In this document: positions 27,431 through 32,000 of the stretch, in pieces
Position numbering within the stretch: position 1 is the stretch's first letter
How the letters are laid out: every line of letters begins with the position of its first letter
NCBI RefSeq assembly: GCF_000196355.1
Contig: NC_007614.1
Coordinates: 1,410,001 to 1,442,000 of the forward strand
Direction: 5' to 3'
Source of the DNA: Nitrosospira multiformis ATCC 25196
GTDB taxonomy: Bacteria; Pseudomonadota; Gammaproteobacteria; Burkholderiales; Nitrosomonadaceae
DNA length: 32,000 bases
Position numbers and translations under genes: made by a program
The notes under the pieces: model-generated
What the model was told of the DNA's origin: nothing
The model's database searches: none
What the model saw: the letters and a program-made list of their open reading frames with translations, nothing else

Positions 27431-29116
27431 TCAATGCGATTCGTTGATGATGCGCCCTTCGAAAGGTTGTAATTGATGCACAGGGCTTTGAGGATGCGTG
27501 GAAAGCAGTACGGGTTTATTCAAGGGGATTTTAACCCGCTGGCGGGACATGTTGAGGAGCACTACGTGCTTCTCTTCATTGAATATTCTGCGGTAGGCGA
27601 GAATTTTCCGGTTGCAGAGGTCATGCAAGATTTCAAGGCGCCCCGCATGCAAGCTTGGCGTCCTGTTGCGAAACAGGAGGATTTTCCTGTAAAAATTGAG
27701 AAGGGAATGCGGTTCCGAAATCTGTTTTTCCACATTTATTTCCCTGAAGCTGTCTGCCACCGGCAACCAGGGCTCTGCTGAACTCCCACAAAAGCCTGCC
27801 CTGGGCCTTTCATTCCATAGCATCGGGGTACGGCACTCGTCTAGATTGAGAATTTCACTGCTGCGATCAACCAGAAACTGCGGTACCCATTTATGCTGGA
27901 TGGCAATCGCATCTTTTCCGTCTTTCAGGGGAATTCTTACCCGAGGTATGCCAATCTCATCACCGAAGTAGGTGAAGGGAATCCCCCGGCAGGTAAACTG
28001 GAACAGGGCCAGCAGTTTTGCCTTTTCTATACTCCCTCCCAGGCGGCTGATGACACGGTTGCGGTCATGGTTGGCAAAGACGAGAGTGGGTATCAGCGGT
28101 TCGGGAAAATGCTTCTCGAATGTCATCAGCATTTCGCGGTATTTTTCCGCCTTGAAAGGTGTGGAAATGGCCTTGAAAAGAAAAACAGCGTGCAATCCAT
28201 GCTGCCCATCGTTTCGACAGAAGCGATGGATCAGTGCTTCATCTCCATGTGATTCCCCGATAAGCACCCTTTTGGGGTTATCGAACTCATCCACTACGCG
28301 CCGCAGCTCGATAGCGAATTCGAAGCTCTTTTCGTGGAGAAAATTGTTTTTCAGGTTCTGGAAAAAGATGGACAGCGATTTATCCGATGGGGTCAAACGG
28401 GGACTGGGAGGGTTGCTGCGCAATTCTGAGTCCTCGTAGATGGCACTGATGATATCGAGACGGAATCCATCCACCCCCTTGTTCAGCCAGAATCTGATGA
28501 CCTCGAACATCGCCTGTTTGACTTCAGGATTGTGGTAGTTCAGGTCGGGCTGAAAAGGGAGGAAAGCGGTGTAATAGAATTGCTTCCGTCGCGGATGGTA
28601 AGTCCAGGCTTTGTTACCTGCCATGGCGCGCCAGTTATTTGGGCGCCTCAAACCCTTTTTGCCTTTTCCATCTTTCCAGACGTACCAGTCGGCTTTGGGA
28701 TTGTCGCGCGAGCTTGCGGATTCGATGAACCAGGAATGCTCGCTCGAAGTGTGATTCAGCACCAGGTCGAATATCAGTTTCATGCTGCGCCGGTGCACCT
28801 CTTCAACCAGTTTCTCAAAGAGCGGCATATCGCCATATTCAGGAGAGATGGAGAGGTAATCGCTGATGTCGTAGCCGAAGTCCTTTTGTGGACTTTGCGT
28901 AAAGGGCGACACCCAGATTGTTTCATATCCGAGATCGTGCAGATAATCCAGTTTTTCGATGATGCCCTGGATATCTCCGATTCCATCGCCATTGGAGTCG
29001 TAAAAAGAACGCACATAGACATGATAAACGGTGGTTTTCTTCCACCATTCGTCTTCAGCGTTCGAATTGTCAGGGGCAGTGCGACTCATGGAATGGGCGG
29101 GTGGACCCAAAATCAT
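27431..29116 (-). CDS. GH13 alpha-amylase-family glycosidase (alpha-glucosidase/oligo-1,6-glucosidase-like), cytoplasmic
   Basis: The sequence contains WWKKTTVYHVYVRSFYDSNGDGIGDIQGIIEKLDYLHDLGYETIWVSP. Conserved regions are I DLVLNHTS, II GVDGFRLDIISAI, III LIGESHG and IV FANHDRNR. There is no signal peptide. The alternative start is ATG 29089. Confidence 0.9.
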   Translation of the reverse strand: MILGPPAHSMSRTAPDNSNAEDEWWKKTTVYHVYVRSFYDSNGDGIGDIQGIIEKLDYLHDLGYETIWVSPFTQSPQKDFGYDISDYLSISPEYGDMPLFEKLVEEVHRRSMKLIFDLVLNHTSSEHSWFIESASSRDNPKADWYVWKDGKGKKGLRRPNNWRAMAGNKAWTYHPRRKQFYYTAFLPFQPDLNYHNPEVKQAMFEVIRFWLNKGVDGFRLDIISAIYEDSELRSNPPSPRLTPSDKSLSIFFQNLKNNFLHEKSFEFAIELRRVVDEFDNPKRVLIGESHGDEALIHRFCRNDGQHGLHAVFLFKAISTPFKAEKYREMLMTFEKHFPEPLIPTLVFANHDRNRVISRLGGSIEKAKLLALFQFTCRGIPFTYFGDEIGIPRVRIPLKDGKDAIAIQHKWVPQFLVDRSSEILNLDECRTPMLWNERPRAGFCGSSAEPWLPVADSFREINVEKQISEPHSLLNFYRKILLFRNRTPSLHAGRLEILHDLCNRKILAYRRIFNEEKHVVLLNMSRQRVKIPLNKPVLLSTHPQSPVHQLQPFEGRIINESH

Positions 29117-29162
29117 GGTACCGGGATTGGGAAAACATGTCGGTCATTTTAATCTGAAAGCA

Positions 29163-30608
29163 CTAGTTTGCCTGTTGTTTTCCAAGATGGCTGTGCTTGC
29201 GGGCATATGCGAAATAGATAATCAGGCCGGTACCTGCCCAAGCAAGGAATAGCCTGATTGTTTCCCACCCCAGGCTGACGAACAGCAGACCGCAGCCCCC
29301 CATTGCCAGGGGGCCGACCATCCACAGCATAGGGGTCTTGAAAGGCCGATGGAGATCGGGCGCACGGCGCCGCAGGACCATCACGCCGAGAGCGACCATG
29401 AAGAAAGCGAAGAGCGTCCCGGAATTGGAAATATCAGCCAGCATGCCTACCGGAAACATGGCAGCGAACAGCGCGACGGCCGTTCCCGTGACCAGGGTGA
29501 CAATATGGGGAGTGTGAAAGCGTTTGTGTACATGAGAAAAAATACTGGGCATCAATCCATCATGAGACATGGTGAAGAGGACGCGGGTCTGTCCATAGAG
29601 CATCATGAGCACGACGGAGGGCAGTGCGACAATTGCCGCCGAAGCCACCCAGTTGCCTATGGTCGGGTAACCGACCTCGCGCAGCACAAATGCCAGCGGT
29701 TCTTTGGAGAGGGACAAATCACCTCCCGGCTGCGCTCCCACTGCTCCGACTGCGGCGTAGGCGACGACGAGATAAATGAGAGTGCAAATCGTCAATGAAG
29801 CTATCAATCCTATCGGCACATTACGGTTTGGGTTGCTCGTTTCTTCGGCTGCGGTGGAAACAGCATCGAATCCGACATAGGCAAAGAAGATGGAGGCAGC
29901 GGCACCCAGGATTCCCACTCCTGAAAGCGGTGTGCCCCATCCGTTGGGCAGCATGGGTTGGAAATTTACGGAATTTACCGCCGGCAAGGCAAGAATGATA
30001 AATGCAGTAAGCGCGATAATTTTTATGACAACCAGAACTGCCGTAAACCTCGCGCTTTTTGTCGTGCCCATGACCAGCAGCACGGTGACGAACAACGACA
30101 CCAGAAATGCCAGCAGGTTGAATCCTCCTGCCGATGGGGTCCCGTCCGCCCCGGCAATCGTGTCCGCCGGTCCTGCCGTCAGGGCAACCGGCAGCCCGTA
30201 GCCTATTTCGTTCAGGAAGCCATTGATATAACCGGACCAGCCAACGGCTACCGCTGCTGCGGCGATCGCATACTCCAGAATCAGCGCCCAGCCGACCATC
30301 CATGCGGCGAGTTCACCGAACACCGCATAAGAGTAGGTGTAGGCCGATCCTGCCACCGGTACGATCGCGGCAATTTCAGAATAGACAAGGGCGGCGAGCG
30401 CGCAGACAAACCCGGCTATGAGGAAGGAAAACATCATGCCCGGACCTGCCTTGTCCGCGGCAACCGAAGTCAATACAAAGATGCCGGTGCCGATGACGGC
30501 GCCAATTCCCAGCATGGTCAGATCAAATGCGCCAAGCTGTCGTTTGAGCCCTCGGGTTTCAGCCGACTCCAGAATTTGATCCACAGGTTTGACGCGCTCA
30601 AACAGCAC
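29163..30608 (-). CDS. APC-superfamily amino acid permease (cationic amino acid transporter-like)
   Basis: 481 aa and polytopic. The N-terminal signature is LKRQLGAFDLTMLGIGAVIGTGIFVLTSVAA. GTG start with GGAGA 6 nt upstream. Confidence 0.9.
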   Translation of the reverse strand: MLFERVKPVDQILESAETRGLKRQLGAFDLTMLGIGAVIGTGIFVLTSVAADKAGPGMMFSFLIAGFVCALAALVYSEIAAIVPVAGSAYTYSYAVFGELAAWMVGWALILEYAIAAAAVAVGWSGYINGFLNEIGYGLPVALTAGPADTIAGADGTPSAGGFNLLAFLVSLFVTVLLVMGTTKSARFTAVLVVIKIIALTAFIILALPAVNSVNFQPMLPNGWGTPLSGVGILGAAASIFFAYVGFDAVSTAAEETSNPNRNVPIGLIASLTICTLIYLVVAYAAVGAVGAQPGGDLSLSKEPLAFVLREVGYPTIGNWVASAAIVALPSVVLMMLYGQTRVLFTMSHDGLMPSIFSHVHKRFHTPHIVTLVTGTAVALFAAMFPVGMLADISNSGTLFAFFMVALGVMVLRRRAPDLHRPFKTPMLWMVGPLAMGGCGLLFVSLGWETIRLFLAWAGTGLIIYFAYARKHSHLGKQQAN

Positions 30609-30815
30609 AATGTCTCTCCAGTAATAAATGCAAAGGATTTCAGTTGGATTTTAACCGGTTTCGCTCAAGCTCGGCGGTTGCGGGCAAGATCGTTATTTTA
30701 AACCAGCAGACCGCCGCAAACCAAAATGCTGTGGGGAAAACGGCCAGGCTGAGGAAGAATTATCGCAGGAATGCGCGGGACGGCGGCAATTCATGGGTCG
30801 CCAGAGGAGTGAAGC

Positions 30816-32000
30816 TCACTGCCTGATCAGCCTTCTGAGCACGTCTGCCAGGACAACAGGAAGCGTTTCCGCCTGCTGCAATACGGCGTAGTGCCGGGCG
30901 CCAAACACCCGGGCAAGATATTGCGGCGCCTGCCGGTCGACGGTAATGCAGAACGGATGAATAGCCTGGAGACGGGCTTCCGTCACGGCCTGGCGCATGT
31001 CTTCCACTCCGTAGCGCCCCTCATAGCGATCGACATCGTTGGGTTTTCCGTCCGACAGCAGGATAAGCAGGCGATACCGGGCGCTGGTGGCGGCGAGCAG
31101 GCTGGTGGTGTGGCGAATCGCAGCTCCCGCGCGCGTGTAGAGCTGCGGTTCCAATGCTGCAATGCGGCGTTGCACAAGTATCCGGTCGTTCTCTTCAAAA
31201 TTCTTCAAGGGCCATAATGAGACGTTTTGGGGGCCTTCTCCCGAAAAAGCATAAATGCAGAAAGGGTCACCCAGTTTGGCCAATGCCAGATAAACGAGCA
31301 GCAGCGCTTCCTTTTCAACGTCGATGATGCGCAACTCCTGAGAAACCCAGCCATCGGTCGAACCGCTGATATCGATCAGCAATGCAACGGCAATGTCGCG
31401 CCGCGCTGCTTTTACCGATTGATACAAGCGATCCTGCGGGGGCAAGCCTGCTCGTCGTTCCGCGAAGGCATTCACCCAGGCATTGATATCGATCTCCTCT
31501 CCTTCCGGTTGGCGGTGGTAGCGAATCCGTCGCGGTCGCAGCCCCTCAAGCCGAAGCTGAACTTGCCGCAGCAGGGCGGGGCATCTTGCCACGACGGATT
31601 CTGCCCAGGCGACATCTCCCAGCAATGGCGGTTGAAGCCGAACGATGGCACCCTCCTTGTGATAACGCGAAACGCGGAAATCCCATTCAGGGTAGGCAAT
31701 GCCGTGCCTCACTCCTGTGCCGGGGAGGACGAGCGTCGTCCGTTGATCAAGGGGATCATCCGCCAGCAGGAGTTCGCGCACGGTTTTCGAAGATGAGATG
31801 AGCGGTGCTTCCGGCAGTTCGGACAGGGAATCCGCCAGATCGGCGGCATCAGCGTCATCGTCACGGTCAGCCGGCCGCTGGAGGCCCGCAGGGTCTTCGA
31901 CGTGCTGCTGCGGATCATCCTTCTGCACCATCCACATCCCTTGCATCTGGTCATCCTCATCGGGAGTTTTTTCCCGGGCTTGCGGGCGACGGGAAAGATT
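30816..32000 (-). CDS. VWA-domain protein of the CbbO/NorD family, 5'-truncated by the window edge
   Basis: The frame is open with no stop all the way to nt 32000, so the real start lies outside the window. The MIDAS motif is in VALLIDISGSTDGW, followed later by LLSDGKPNDVD. An acidic linker lies upstream. Confidence 0.75.
   Translation of the reverse strand, partial: NLSRRPQAREKTPDEDDQMQGMWMVQKDDPQQHVEDPAGLQRPADRDDDADAADLADSLSELPEAPLISSSKTVRELLLADDPLDQRTTLVLPGTGVRHGIAYPEWDFRVSRYHKEGAIVRLQPPLLGDVAWAESVVARCPALLRQVQLRLEGLRPRRIRYHRQPEGEEIDINAWVNAFAERRAGLPPQDRLYQSVKAARRDIAVALLIDISGSTDGWVSQELRIIDVEKEALLLVYLALAKLGDPFCIYAFSGEGPQNVSLWPLKNFEENDRILVQRRIAALEPQLYTRAGAAIRHTTSLLAATSARYRLLILLSDGKPNDVDRYEGRYGVEDMRQAVTEARLQAIHPFCITVDRQAPQYLARVFGARHYAVLQQAETLPVVLADVLRRLIRQ

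Noticed and set aside
30609-30815. About 200-nt leader of the permease gene with alternative pairings (TTGCGGCGGT versus CCCGCAACCGCCG), considered as a riboswitch or attenuator
   Set aside because: The pairings arise from a short GC repeat. There is no match to any riboswitch consensus I know (lysine, glycine, T-box) and no terminator hairpin with a U-tract.

Overview
The window looks like a chromosomal segment of a urease-positive betaproteobacterium. Gene content, roughly mid-50s %GC by eye and a PEP-CTERM protein resemble Nitrosomonadaceae such as Nitrosospira, but that is inference only and no database search was possible.

Gene order, left to right:
- pyrG, eno and ftsB (housekeeping, + strand).
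- A minus-strand cluster A-I (ZnuABC/TroA-like) metal ABC importer, divergent from a TonB-dependent receptor followed by nikR.
- A minus-strand NarL/LuxR-type response regulator and HisKA_3 sensor kinase.
- A + strand block of outer-membrane porin, ureD-ureA-ureB-ureC-ureE-ureF-ureG and a UT-family urea channel.
- A convergent ~1020-aa STAND-type regulator (OmpR-like wHTH, P-loop NTPase, TPR-like repeats).
- A visibly AT-richer accessory patch with a PEGA-like lipoprotein, an IS481-family element, a PEP-CTERM gene and a small secreted protein.
- A minus-strand APC permease plus cytoplasmic GH13 glycosidase pair.
- The 3' part of a CbbO/NorD-like VWA gene that runs off the right edge.

No rRNA, tRNA, CRISPR array or recognisable defence or toxin module was seen.

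Most interesting observations:
1. A TonB receptor, NikR and ZnuABC-like importer sit beside a urease cluster. No classical nickel permease is present in the window, so this may be a non-canonical nickel supply route.
2. A porin and a UT channel bracket the urease genes, with an uncharacterised two-component system next door.
3. An IS481-family element (1223 bp, imperfect 28-bp inverted repeats, perfect 7-bp target duplication) splits the signal-peptide codons of the PEP-CTERM gene. The original reading frame can be reconstructed exactly.
4. A perfect 2 x 11-bp tandem direct repeat lies upstream of the wHTH-STAND regulator.
5. A 13-bp stem-loop with a U-rich tail lies in the ureD-ureA spacer.
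6. A 35-codon upstream ORF is a decayed copy of the pyrG 5' end and is ATGA-coupled to pyrG.

I found no clear-cut, wholly new multi-gene system. All functional links above are hypotheses.
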